DNA from: an uncultured Acidobacteriota bacterium | GTDB taxonomy: Bacteria; Acidobacteriota; Vicinamibacteria; Vicinamibacterales; CAVVIG01 | Reading direction: 5' to 3' | Length of the DNA stretch: 64,000 nt | Assembly (NCBI GenBank): GCA_963749565.1 | Contig: CAVVNL010000021.1 | Coordinates: 14,111 to 78,110 of the forward strand | Shown: positions 10,537 through 20,209 of the stretch, piece by piece | Layout of the letters: every line of letters starts with the position of its first letter | How positions within the stretch are numbered: the stretch's first letter is position 1 | Notes under the pieces: model-generated | Seen by the model: only the letters and a program-made list of their open reading frames with translations | The model's database searches: none | What the model was told of the DNA's origin: nothing | Program-made: the position numbers and the translations under genes

Positions 10537-11343
10537 CTAGTTCTGCTTCGGCGGAAGGCCGCCCGGGTTGGCGAGATTGATTCCCGCCTTGCCACTCTCG
10601 TCGACGAAATTGCGATTGTTCTCTTCACAGATGTACTCGGCGATCGTCCAGTTGCGATGACGCCCCAGATTCCTGCTCGAGGTGTACGGAGCCGTCAGGA
10701 CGTCGGGGTCGGTGATCGTGGTCTGGATGCTCATCGTGTCGGGATCGGTGAGCCGGAAGCGCTCGACGATCTTCATCTTGCCGCCATGCGGAACGCCGCG
10801 CTCGATTTGCGTGAGCGGCGAGAAGCCGACCGTTTCCACGACCAGCGTGTCGCCTTCCCATCGGCCGACCGATGTGCCGTGAAATTCCAGGTCCGGATCC
10901 TCGGGCAGCGGGCGGCCGTCGGTGTAGATGTGACGCACCTGCGTGTACGCCTCGATGACGATGGTCACCTTGCCGGGGGTGAAGAGGAACTCCATCGGAT
11001 AGGGCTGGCCCATGATCCCCGGCATGCCCGGCGGCAGACAGTTGGCCGTCTCGCTGTCCTCGGGCGGCGCAGCCAGAAACGCCTTCCGCTTCGCTTCCGC
11101 AGCGGGCGTCAGCGATGGCCTGGACGGAGCGGCCCCTGCAGCGCCGGCCGAACGCGTGGCCTCCCAGACGCCGGTGAAATCCGGCAGCTTGGCCAGCGCG
11201 GACCAATCTGCTGCGGTTGGCGCCCTCGGCGTGAACTTCTGGGCCTGAGCGAACGTACTCGGCCATGCCGGACGCAACATGCTCAGGACGCACGCAACCA
11301 GAACGGCAGTGATTGCGGAAAGAATTCTCGTTTTCGTCTCCAT
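10537..11343 (-). CDS. Secreted protein of unknown function, DUF6152 partner (copy 1)
   Basis: ATG at 11343 (METKTRILSAITAVLVACVL… signal). Shares LPDFTGVW, C.PPG, TDGR and G.WEGDTLVVET with 15477-16337. The upstream 334 aa of ORF 10537-12345 are treated as non-coding read-through. Confidence 0.65.
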   Translation of the reverse strand: METKTRILSAITAVLVACVLSMLRPAWPSTFAQAQKFTPRAPTAADWSALAKLPDFTGVWEATRSAGAAGAAPSRPSLTPAAEAKRKAFLAAPPEDSETANCLPPGMPGIMGQPYPMEFLFTPGKVTIVIEAYTQVRHIYTDGRPLPEDPDLEFHGTSVGRWEGDTLVVETVGFSPLTQIERGVPHGGKMKIVERFRLTDPDTMSIQTTITDPDVLTAPYTSSRNLGRHRNWTIAEYICEENNRNFVDESGKAGINLANPGGLPPKQN

Positions 11344-11391
11344 GCGCGTCAAAATAGCACGGACGAACACCTCGAAAGGAGAAGAATCGAT

Positions 11392-12051
11392 ATGCAGAAG
11401 AAGACGTTGCTTGCCGGCGCGACTGTCGCCGCCGTCCTGCTGATCGTGCTCGTGTGGAGCGGCCCGGGACTCGCGCAGAACACGCCGAACCTCGGTTTCT
11501 TCATTACGAGCGCCGGCTCCGGAAACGGCGCCAATCTGGGTGGCGTGGCGGGCGCCGACGCGATCTGCCAGAAGCTGGCCGCAGGGGTGGGAGCCGGCGG
11601 CAGGACCTGGCGCGCCTATCTCAGCACGAGCGCCTCCGGTAACCAGGCCGCCGTCAACGCACGCGACCGGATCGGCAAGGGTCCCTGGCAGAACGCCAAG
11701 GGCGTCGTGGTCGCACAAAGTGTGGACGACCTCCACAGCGACAAGAACAGGCTGGGCAAGGAAGGCTCGCTCACGGAAAAAGGCGCGATGGTGAACGGCC
11801 GCGGAGACAGCCCGAACACCCATGACATCCTGACCGGTTCCACCCTCGACGGCCGGGCCCTTCCCGGCGATGTGACCTGCAACAACTGGACGAGTGGAGC
11901 CGCGGGAAGCGCTCGAGTCGGCCACCACGACAAACAGGGAGGCGGCGAAAACCCCAACTCCTGGAACTCGGCGCATGCGTCGAGTGGCTGCAGCCAGGCC
12001 AATCTCGTCTCGACCGGCGGCGCGGGATTGTTCTATTGCTTCGCTCAGTAA
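11392..12051 (+). CDS. Secreted endostatin-like (C-type-lectin-fold) protein
   Basis: AAAGGAGAAG RBS, ATG at 11392 and a signal peptide (MQKKTLLAGATVAAVLLIV…). The mature part aligns by eye with collagen XVIII endostatin (GGVAGADAICQKLAAGVGAGGRTWRAYLS vs [31 protein letters not shown]), with 4 Cys in equivalent positions. Confidence 0.6.
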   Translation: MQKKTLLAGATVAAVLLIVLVWSGPGLAQNTPNLGFFITSAGSGNGANLGGVAGADAICQKLAAGVGAGGRTWRAYLSTSASGNQAAVNARDRIGKGPWQNAKGVVVAQSVDDLHSDKNRLGKEGSLTEKGAMVNGRGDSPNTHDILTGSTLDGRALPGDVTCNNWTSGAAGSARVGHHDKQGGGENPNSWNSAHASSGCSQANLVSTGGAGLFYCFAQ

Positions 12052-12084
12052 GCTGGAAGGCACTTCAGGTCGCAGAAGTAACAG

Positions 12085-13229
12085 ATGCGTGCCCTTTCGG
12101 AGCTGATCGACAGCTACAAGCGAGACGCGCCGATCGGGCACGCGTCCACCATTCCTGCCGCCTGGTACACCGATCCCCGGCTGATGGACCTGGAACGCCG
12201 CACGGTGTTTGCCCGTTCGTGGCAGCTCGCCGCTCGCGTCGATCAACTGCACGCAGCCCGGCCGGTACGTCACCTGCGAGCTCGCCGCCGGCGAGCCGGT
12301 GGTCGTCGTCCGCGACGATGCCGGCGAGGTACGCGGCTTCTTCAACGTGTGCCGTCACCACGCCGCGGCCGTAGTGACCGAGCCCGAAGGCGCCGCATCC
12401 GTCCTCCGCTGCCCGTACCACGGATGGACGTACGGGCTCGACGGTCAGCTGAAGGGCACTCCGGACTTCGCCGGCGTCTGCGACTTCGATCGCTCGGCGA
12501 ATGGTCTGGTTCAGGTCGAGACGGCGGCCTGGGAGAAATGGATCTTCGTCAGGCTCGAGCAGGGATGGTCCCTCGCTGGAGCGATTCCCCGGTTCCGAGC
12601 TTTCGACCCGGATCGAGAGTCTCGGGCTCGGGACGCTGCGCTGGATGGAGCGGCGCCACTACACGCTGGACTGCAACTGGAAGGTGTTCGTCGACAACTA
12701 TCTCGACGGGGGCTACCACGTGCCCCATCTGCACAAGGGCCTCGACAGCGTCCTCGACTACAGCACCTACACGATCGAGAACGGCGAGCGTTTCTGCCTG
12801 CAGTCGAGCCCGATCGTCACCGACGGGGCCGAGGCGCGAACCGGCGCCGTGCGAACGGGCGACCGGGCGTTCTATTACTGGATCTATCCGAACTTCATGA
12901 TCAACTGCTACGGCGGCGCAATGGACACGAATCTCGTCATCCCCCGCGCGATCGACAGGACCGACGTGATCTTCGATTTCTATTTTTCGGACGTCTCGGA
13001 ACAGGCGCGCGCGCGCAACCGCGCGAGCATCGAGGTGAGCGAGCAGATCCAGGATGAAGACGTCGCGATCTGCACGTCGGTCCAGCGTGGGTTGCGCTCC
13101 AGGGCATACACGGCGGGCCGGCTGTCGGTGCGCCGCGAAGCGGGGGAACACCTGTTCCATCGGCTGCTGTACGACGATCTCAAGGCCGGCCTTATCGCGG
13201 ACCAAGCAGGAAGTAGCGCAGGACTTTAG
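12085..13229 (+). CDS. Rieske [2Fe-2S] ring-hydroxylating oxygenase alpha subunit-like protein
   Basis: Rieske motif CRHHAAAV…CPYHGWTY (ORF 12209-13057 frame). N-terminus in ORF 12085, catalytic domain in ORF 12501-13229 (…NYLDGGYHVPHLH…). There are two frame breaks (about 12230 and about 12560). Confidence 0.8.
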
Positions 13230-13292
13230 TCCTGCCCGCTGATGTAGCGCAGGACTTTAGTCCTGCCCGTGATGTAGCAGGACTTTAGCGCG
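13213..13292. repeat. Tandem array (2.6 units of about 30 nt) of REP-like hairpin GCAGGAC-TTTA-GTCCTGC
   Basis: Units at 13213-13243 and 13244-13273, plus a partial unit at 13274-13292. The TAG stop of the Rieske gene (13227-13229) lies in the loop of the first hairpin. Confidence 0.85.
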
Positions 13293-13302
13293 TCGCACGC
13301 TC

Positions 13303-14638
13303 ATGTCCGATCGACGCGGGCGGTTGCTGCGCGTGCTCGGTGTCGGCTTCGGTCTGGCCGTGACGATCGGTAACACGATTGGCGCCGGGATCTTTCGCGC
13401 TCCCGGGGAAGTGGCCCGTCAATTGCCGGACACCTGGCTCTTCCTCGCCGCCTGGACCGCCGGCGGCCTCTACGCCCTGCTCGGCGCCATCCAGATCGCG
13501 GAGCTTGGGACGATGATTCCCCGTTCCGCCGGCCAGTACGTTTTTGCACGACATGCGATCGGTGAGTATGCCGGCTTCGTCGCGGGTTGGAGCGACTGGA
13601 TTTCCACCTGCGGCTCGACCGCCGCCGTCTCGATCGTCGTCGGCGAGTTCGCGGGTGCGCTGGTGCCGGCCCTGAGCGGACGTGCCCCCGCGGTGGCCGC
13701 GGTTGTCGCCGCCGTGTTCGCCATCATCCAATGGCGTGGGATACGCGTGGGCAGCCTGGTGCAGAACGCCACGAGCCTGCTGAAGGCCGCGGCGTTCGTG
13801 GTGTTGATTGCCGCCGTATTCGCACTTGGCGGGCCGGCGGGATCGTCCGCTGACGCGGCCGTCCTTCCACTACCGGGAGGCCTGGCCCTCGCCACCGCAT
13901 TCGTGCTGTCGCTTCAGGCGGTGATCTACACGTACGACGGCTGGACCGGCGTGATCTATTTCGGCGAAGAGATTCACGATCCCGGCCGGGCGATTCCTCG
14001 AGCGCTCTTCGGAGGGGTGCTCTCGATCATCGCGATCTATCTGCTGTTGAACGTGTCGTTCCTGTATGCGCTGCCGATTTCGGAGATCGCCGGAGAGGAA
14101 TTCGCAGCGGGCGCCGTCGCCGGCGCGATCTTCGGCCAGTACGGCGACCCGGTATTCAGAATCCTCACGATCCTCTCGATGCTGAGCGCCATCAACGCCT
14201 ACCACCTGATGGCGAGCCGCGTGCTCTTCTCGATGAGCCGGGACGGCCTCGTGTCGCGGCGGGCCGCCGCGGTGAACGAGGGTGGGACGCCGACTGTGGC
14301 GCTGGCGCTCAGCGCGGCGGTCGCGCTCGTCTTCATCGTCCTCGGCCAGACGTTCGAGCAAGGTCATCACAGTGCTGGCGTTCTTCTTCATCGCCAACTA
14401 CACGCTCTCGTTCATTTCCCTCTTTCTGCTGCGCCGGCGGGAACCCGAAAGGCCGCGCCCGTACCGCGCGTGGGGCTACCCCTGGACGACGGCGCTGGCA
14501 TTGTTCGGGTCGGTTGCGTTCCTGGCCGGTGCCATCGCAGGCGATACGCGCAACAGCGTCCAGGCGGCGCTCCTGCTCGCCGCCAGTTATCCGGTCTTTC
14601 ACATGATGAAAATGGCAAGACGACCGGAGGAGAGATGA
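13303..14638 (+). CDS. APC-superfamily amino-acid permease
   Basis: …GVGFGLAVTIGNTIGAGIFRAPGEVA… The body is in ORF 13303-15006. The last TM helices are in ORF 14282-14638 (…FFIANYTLSFISLFLLRRREPERPRPYRAWGYPW…). There is one frame break near 14360. Confidence 0.8.
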
Positions 14639-15006
14639 CGCCGCCCGTGGGAGTGCTGCAGCGCCTTCGGCAATTGTGTCTCTCGCTTCCGGAGACCAGC
14701 GAGCGATCGTCATGGGGTCACCCGAACTTTCGCGCCGGCAAGAAGACGTTCGCGGCGTTCGAACGTGTCAAGGGACGGCCTTCTATCGCGTTCAGGCTCG
14801 ACCGCCCGGACGTGGACCGGCTGATGCGTCGCAAGATGTTCTTCGCAACACCCTACGGCCGTGGCCTGTGGATCAGCGTGTGGGCCGACGTGCCGCTCGA
14901 CTGGCACGCCATCTCAGATCTCCTCGAGCGGAGCTATCGGGTCGTCGCCCTCAAGCGGATGATCGCAGCACTTGATAGCAAACGTGGGGTCGCAGAAGAC
15001 TTATAA
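14635..15006 (+). CDS. MmcQ/YjbR-family protein
   Basis: ATG at 14635 overlaps the permease stop (ATGA). …LRQLCLSLPETSERSSWGHPNFRAGKKTFAAF… is typical of the family. Confidence 0.75.
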   Translation: MTPPVGVLQRLRQLCLSLPETSERSSWGHPNFRAGKKTFAAFERVKGRPSIAFRLDRPDVDRLMRRKMFFATPYGRGLWISVWADVPLDWHAISDLLERSYRVVALKRMIAALDSKRGVAEDL

Positions 15007-15044
15007 TTCGCCGGGTAAGTGCATCAGTTCGGGTGAGGTGGAAT

Positions 15045-15452
15045 ATGGAACGCAAGAGTCTCGGTGTCCTCGCGTCGTGCGTCGCCGTGCTCGTCGCGGC
15101 CATGCCGGCGCATGCGCATCACTCGTTTGCGGCTGTGTTCGACGCGAACAAGCCGGTCACGGTGCGCGGTGTAATCACCTCGGTCAGGTTGGAGAACCCG
15201 CACTCGTGGTTCTTCCTCGACGTGAAGGACGCGAACGGCAAGGTCGAGAAATGGAGCTTCGAGGGCAGCACGCCGACATCGCTCATTCGGAGCGGCCTGA
15301 AGCCTGGCACCATCAAGGCGGGAGACGAGGTGACCGTCAAGGGCTATCACGCGAGGGATGTTTCTCAGAATGCCGGAGCGGCGCGCGAGATCGTGATGTC
15401 TGACGGCCGGGCGTTTGCCGTCGGTCCGCTCGTCGGACCGGGCGGACGATAG
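15045..15452 (+). CDS. DUF6152-like small secreted protein (copy 2)
   Basis: MERKSLGVLASCVAVLVAAMPAHA, then HHSFAAVF… Paralogue of 10132-10533. Confidence 0.7.
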   Translation: MERKSLGVLASCVAVLVAAMPAHAHHSFAAVFDANKPVTVRGVITSVRLENPHSWFFLDVKDANGKVEKWSFEGSTPTSLIRSGLKPGTIKAGDEVTVKGYHARDVSQNAGAAREIVMSDGRAFAVGPLVGPGGR

Positions 15453-15476
15453 GAGTGGTTCATAGGAGGTGTTCGA

Positions 15477-16337
15477 TGAAGCGCGCCGTGATCGCCATTG
15501 TCTTCGTCGTCGCCACGGCTTTCGCCGTCGCCGCTGCGCAGACTGGACAGGCCGGTGCCGGTGGAGGGTCCGCGACGAGTCGACACGTCGACAACGTCGA
15601 CTCCAGCCGGGCCGGTCCCGCGGACGGCAGACGGCCATCCCGACCTCTCCGGCGTGTGGTGGCCTGGCAACGATTTGACCGTGAGGCCTCTCGCGGATTC
15701 CCCTGCGCCCGCGCAGGCGCCAGCAACGCCGGCCGCCGCCCCGCGACCGCCACGCCCCTCTTTTGCCAGCCTGTATCAACCGTGGGCGCTCGAAAAAGCC
15801 AGGACGCTCAGCGACAAGGACGACCCCTCGCTGCATTGCATCACGGTGGCCTTCGGCACCTTGAACATCAGCTTGTACGCCATGGGTGCCGTCGGCCAGA
15901 TCGTACAGACGCCGAAGTTCGTGGTGATGCTCACGGAAACGTACCACGGCTTCCGCCTCGTCCCCACGGACGGGCGCAAACATCGTGACGATGTGGCGCC
16001 TTCGTTGCGGGGCGACTCGATCGGCTGGTGGGAAGGAGACACGCTGGTCGTCGACCAGACCAACTTTACCGATACGACCTGGATGCACGCCGAAGGCCTC
16101 GTGTCCTTTCACTCCGACGCCCTGCACATCGTCGAACGGTATCGCCGCGTGGATGCGAACACGCTCGAGGTCGAAGCCACAATCGAGGACCCGAAGGTAC
16201 TGACGGGCCCATGGGTTGTTCCCAAGCAGACCTTACGGCTCGCACCCTTTGATCAGATCATGGAGGTGGGCTGCACGGGGACAGACACCGCGGCCCTCAT
16301 GGAAGCCGCGTCCAAGGTGAACTACGGGAAGAAGTAA
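15477..16337 (+). CDS. Secreted protein of unknown function, DUF6152 partner (copy 2)
   Basis: The signal peptide MKRAVIAIVFVVATAFAVAAAQ is in the ORF 15455 frame. The body is in ORF 15498-16337 (HPDLSGVWW…, TDGRKH, GWWEGDTLVVDQT). There is a frame break between about 15545 and 15630. Confidence 0.6.
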
Positions 16338-16351
16338 ACCCCGCGCAACCT

Positions 16352-16792
16352 CTAGCCGACTTTCGCGTCGACCGTGATCTGCATCGTCCCGCGATAGGCG
16401 TTGGACACCGGGCAGCGTCCTTCGGCCTCCTGCGCAACCGCCGCGAACTGCGACGCCTCGAGCCCCTTGAGGCCGTACGCCGTCACGGTCAGCTTCGACG
16501 ACACGATCTTGATCCCCGCGTCAGTCTTGTCGGCGGTGACCGTCGCGCGCACGACGGTCCGGTCCGCAGAGGCCTGCTTGCGGCCGAGCGTGCCGTTCAG
16601 CGCCATCGCATAGCATGCGGCGTGCGCCGCGGCCATCAGCTCCTCGGGGCTTGTTTTTCCGGCCGGCTCGCCGATCCGGTTCGGAAACGTCACGGGCAGC
16701 GCGAACGCGCCGCTCCCTGCTTTCGCCTCGCCCTGCCCCTCCGTGACCGAGCCCTTCCAGTCCACGTCCACGTGTCGCTCGAATGTCGCCAT
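16352..16792 (-). CDS. osmC: OsmC-family peroxiredoxin
   Basis: MATFERHVDVDWKG…AAHAACYAMAL…EGRCPVSNA…; GAGGTGA lies 6 nt upstream of the ATG at 16792. Confidence 0.85.
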   Translation of the reverse strand: MATFERHVDVDWKGSVTEGQGEAKAGSGAFALPVTFPNRIGEPAGKTSPEELMAAAHAACYAMALNGTLGRKQASADRTVVRATVTADKTDAGIKIVSSKLTVTAYGLKGLEASQFAAVAQEAEGRCPVSNAYRGTMQITVDAKVG

Positions 16793-16796
16793 GCTG

Positions 16797-17447
16797 TCAC
16801 CTCGAATTGCTGATTGATGATTGGTGATTGATGATTGAGGGTTCTTCTTCTTCCCCTTGAAACTCAACTGGACGGCGGTACCGGCCAGGCCGAGCACGAC
16901 CCACGCGTAGGGAATCCACCGCTGTCCCGGAGGGGGCGTCGTCGGATACAGAATCCAGACGCTGCTCGCGGACTTGGCCGCCAGCGCACCGCGGCCGCCC
17001 GCGGCCGCAAGGATCCCGACGATGAGGGTCCACGCGCCGACGAATGCGGTGGTGACGATGATCACGTGCCGCTGGAGCGAACATCGCCGCGATCGCGCCC
17101 GCCACCGCCAGCCCGATCACGAGCAGCACGGGCGGATCGCCGCTGCCGAACGGCGCCCACCCGAAGTGCGCGACGAGCGCGCCGAGGCCCGCGCCGACGA
17201 GCGCGATGCCGACGAAGTACGCAAACATCAGGATCGCCGCGCCCACGAGGCCGCCGACGAGCGCCGCCACGATCATCCCGGCGGTGTTGCTGATCCCCAT
17301 CATCGAGCTGGCGATCATCGCGCCGAGAATGAAGCCGAAGAGCGCGAGGACGTATCGGAACAGCCGGTAGCCGGCAAAGCACGCCAGCGCGCCGGCGAGC
17401 ACCAGCACCATGGCGGCGGGCAGCTCGTACGCCTGCGGAAGCATCAC
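16797..17447 (-). CDS. DUF4203-like multi-TM membrane protein
   Basis: Gly/Ala-rich TM helices (…FGFILGAMIASSMMGI…, …LVGGLVGAAILMFAYFVGIALVGAGLGALVA…). There is a frame break near 17060. The C-terminal half continues in the ORF 16352-17065 frame, which has no stop before osmC. Confidence 0.5.
   Translation of the reverse strand: MMLPQAYELPAAMVLVLAGALACFAGYRLFRYVLALFGFILGAMIASSMMGISNTAGMIVAALVGGLVGAAILMFAYFVGIALVGAGLGALVAHFGWAPFGSGDPPVLLVIGLAVAGAIAAMFAPAARDHRHHRIRRRVDPHRRDPCGRGRPRCAGGQVREQRLDSVSDDAPSGTAVDSLRVGRARPGRYRRPVEFQGEEEEPSIINHQSSISNSR
16803..16841. repeat. One-arm word array (GATTGAT/GATTGGT units) in the osmC 5' leader
   Basis: Sequence is cgaattgctgattgatgattggtgattgatgattgaggg. 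On the minus strand it reads …CAATCATCAATCAGCAATTCGAGGTGACAGC-ATG. Confidence 0.7.
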
Positions 17448-17453
17448 CGCGCG

Positions 17454-18048
17454 TCAGACCTCACGTCGCCCTTCCATCGCCTTGTGCATCGTCACTTCGT
17501 CGGCGTACTCCAGGTCGCTGCCGACCGGCACGCCCATCGCGATGCGCGTCACCTTGACGCCGAGCGGCTTGAGAAGACGCGCGAGGTAGATGGCCGTCGC
17601 CTCGCCCTCGACGTTGGGATTGGTGGCGAGGATGATCTCGGTGACGCCGTTGCCCACGCGCGACAGCAACCCCTTGATCTTCAGATCGTCCGGGCCGATG
17701 CCCTGGAGCGGCGACAGCGCGCCCATCAGCACGTGATACACGCCGCGGAACTCGCGCGACCGCTCGACCGCGCTGACGTTCTGCGGCTCCTCGACGACGC
17801 AGATGATGTTGTGGTTGCGCTCGCTGTTGCTGCAGTACGAGGCACGGGTCGGCGTCGGTGATGTTGTTGCACACCGAGCAGTAGGTGACGCGCTCCTTGA
17901 CGTCGCGGAGGGCGTCGGCCAGGCGATCGGCCTGCTCGCGCGGTGTCTTGAGGATGTGGAACGCCAGACGCTGCGCGCCCTTGGGACCGATGCCGGGCAG
18001 GCGCTGCAGCTCCTCGATGAGGCGGAGGAGGGAGTCGGGAAGCGGCAT
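17454..18048 (-). CDS. recR: Recombination protein RecR
   Basis: The N-terminal HhH and zinc finger are in ORF 17461-18048 ([31 protein letters not shown]…CSVCNNIT). The Toprim/C-terminal part is in ORF 17454-17741 (…[47 protein letters not shown]). There are frame break(s) at about 17750-17850. Confidence 0.85.
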
Positions 18049-18054
18049 GAGGTG

Positions 18055-18354
18055 TTAGAGCCCGGGAATCTTCATTCCGGGCGGCAGCATGCCCCCCATC
18101 TTCTGGGCCATCTCGTCGTCGGCCTTGCGCTGCGCGTCGTTGATCGCGGCGACGATCAGATCCTGCAGCATCTCGACGTCTTCCTTCAGGACGACCTCGG
18201 GATCGATCTTCAGCGACTGCACCTGCTTGGCGCCGTTGATGACGACCGTCACCATGCCGCCGCCGGCGTTGCCTTCGACCTTGAGCTCGGCCATCTGCTT
18301 CTGCAGGCGCTCCTGCATCTCCTGCGCCTGCCTCATCATCTGCTGAATGTTCAT
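18055..18354 (-). CDS. ybaB: Nucleoid-associated protein YbaB/EbfC
   Basis: Intact 99 aa: [19 protein letters not shown]…[21 protein letters not shown]…. Confidence 0.9.
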   Translation of the reverse strand: MNIQQMMRQAQEMQERLQKQMAELKVEGNAGGGMVTVVINGAKQVQSLKIDPEVVLKEDVEMLQDLIVAAINDAQRKADDEMAQKMGGMLPPGMKIPGL

Positions 18355-18414
18355 GGGTTTCTCCCGGGTGCTTGGTGCTGCGTGCCAGCGTGCCGGGTGC
18401 TGTCACCGCGGCCC

Positions 18415-20207
18415 TCACATCTCCTCCACGTCGCGGATCTCCGCGGGAAACACCTCGAGCAGCGCCTGCACGCCGGCATCCGCGAGCGCCTGCTCGCGGA
18501 GGGCCGACTTCTTGTTGCTGTCGCCATTCGCTGCCGGGGCCGCCGGGGACAGCGACCCGCGCGCGCCGGCGGCCGCCGCCGCGCCAGACGGACCCGGCAA
18601 TGTCGCCGGCGCAGCCGCTGCCGACGAAGTTTGCTGGGGCGCAGGAGGCCCCGCCTCGCCCTGGACGCCGACGACGGTCACTCTGCGGCCGGCGATCTGC
18701 TGCGCAACGCCCTCGAGCCAGGCACGGTGCTGATCGAGGTTGCTCGCGAGCGTCCGCTGCGCGGGCGAAAACGTGAACGTCACGCGGTCGCCACTGACCT
18801 CGATTTTCTGCGCCTGCGCGACGACCATGTTGTAGAACACAGATTTCGATTTCTTGATTTCGGCGAGCAGGGCGTCCTTGAAGACGGCGTCAAGGCGGTA
18901 CCACGTCGGCTCGCGGCGTCGCAGTGCCGGGGCGGCTCACGCCTTCGGCGCTCTGCGGCTTCGCAGTCACGGTCCGGCTTAAGCCGGACAGCTCGACGTC
19001 TTGAGGAACGTTGCTGTTGTGGGTTCCGGTTGTGGCGACACGGATTTCTGCTGTGACGTGCCGCCCGAGCCGGATTCGACCCGAGCGATCAGATCCTCGA
19101 TCGGCGCCAGCTTCCGCAGGTGGATCCACCGCAGCAGCGCCATCTCGAGGTGATACCGCGGCTGGGCCGCTCCGCGGATCTCACTCTCCGCGCGGGTCAG
19201 CAGGTCGAACGCGCGCAGCAGGTCCTCGCGCGAGAACCGCGCGGCCAGCGCCTTCAGCCGATCGCGCTCTCCCTCGCCGGCGATCTCCGGATCGCTGATG
19301 CGCGACGGATCCACCGTCAGCACCAGCAGGTCGCGCACCACGCGCGACAGCTCGCGGCAGACGGCCCGCAGGTCGTAGCCCATCTCGACGGCGCGGCCGG
19401 CCAGCTCGAAGGCGGCGGCCGCGTTCTCGTCCGCCACCGCCTGCACGGCGTCGAGCAGCAGGTCGCGGCCGACCAGCCCGAGCACCGTCGCGACGTCCTC
19501 CGCCGTGATCGTCCTGCCGGTGAACGCAATCACCTGATCGAGCTTGCTCTGGGCGTCGCGCATGCTGCCTTCGGCGTCCCGCGCGATCAGCTGCAGCGAC
19601 TCGTCGCCGACGGCGATCTCCTCGTGCGTCGACGATGCGGCGGAGCTGATCGGCGATCGCCTTCGTGCTGATCGTCCGGAACTCGTAGACCTGCGAGCGC
19701 GACAGCACCGTCTCCGGAATCTTGTCGAGCTCGGTCGTCGCCATCATGAAGACGACGTGCGGCGGCGGCTCCTCGATCGACTTGAGCAGCGCGTTGAACG
19801 AGTGGCTCGACAGCTGATGGACTTCGTCGATGATGAAGATCTTGTAGCGGTTGCGCACCGGGGCAATCGACAGCCCGGAGATGATCACTTCGCGGATGTT
19901 GTCGACCTGCGTATGCGTCGCCGCGTCGATCTCGAGCACGTCGATGTCGCGCCCTTCGGCGAATCTCGACGCACGCGTCGCAGTCGCCGCACGGATCGGC
20001 CGTCGGCCCGTTCACGCAGTTCAGCGCCCGCGCCAGGATCCGCGCCGTCGTCGTCTTGCCGACGCCGCGCGGCCCGGCGAAGACAAACGCCTGCGCGAGC
20101 CGGCCGCTCTTCAGCGCGTTGGCGAGCGTGCGCGTGACCGCCTGCTGGCCGACGACATCGTCGAACTTCTGCGGCCGCCACTTGCGGGCGATGACTTGGT
20201 AGGACAT
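18415..20207 (-). CDS. dnaX: DNA polymerase III subunit gamma/tau
   Basis: [21 protein letters not shown]…GPRGVGKTT (ORF 19587-20306), then …[11 protein letters not shown]… (19181-19939), domain III (18979-19563) and a C-terminal part (18415-18840). There are at least three frame breaks, and a REP-like hairpin lies in the linker. Confidence 0.85.
18972..18989. repeat. REP-like stem-loop GTCCGGC-TTAA-GCCGGAC inside the dnaX linker region
   Basis: Perfect 7-bp stem. Same family as 26157-26212. Confidence 0.65.
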
Positions 20208-20209
20208 CC

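Noticed and set aside
10657-11391. The N-terminal 245 aa of ORF 10657-12051 and the N-terminal 334 aa of ORF 10537-12345 could be real extensions.
   Set aside because: Both overlap the other gene on the opposite strand. Each gene has an internal ATG with a signal peptide (and an RBS for 11392) that gives family-typical lengths.
18415-20207. The frame changes in dnaX could be programmed ribosomal frameshifting or transcriptional slippage producing gamma, as in E. coli and Thermus.
   Set aside because: There are at least three breaks at scattered positions, not one at a slippery site after domain III. Equivalent breaks occur in about 20 unrelated genes in the window, so sequence error is the simpler explanation.
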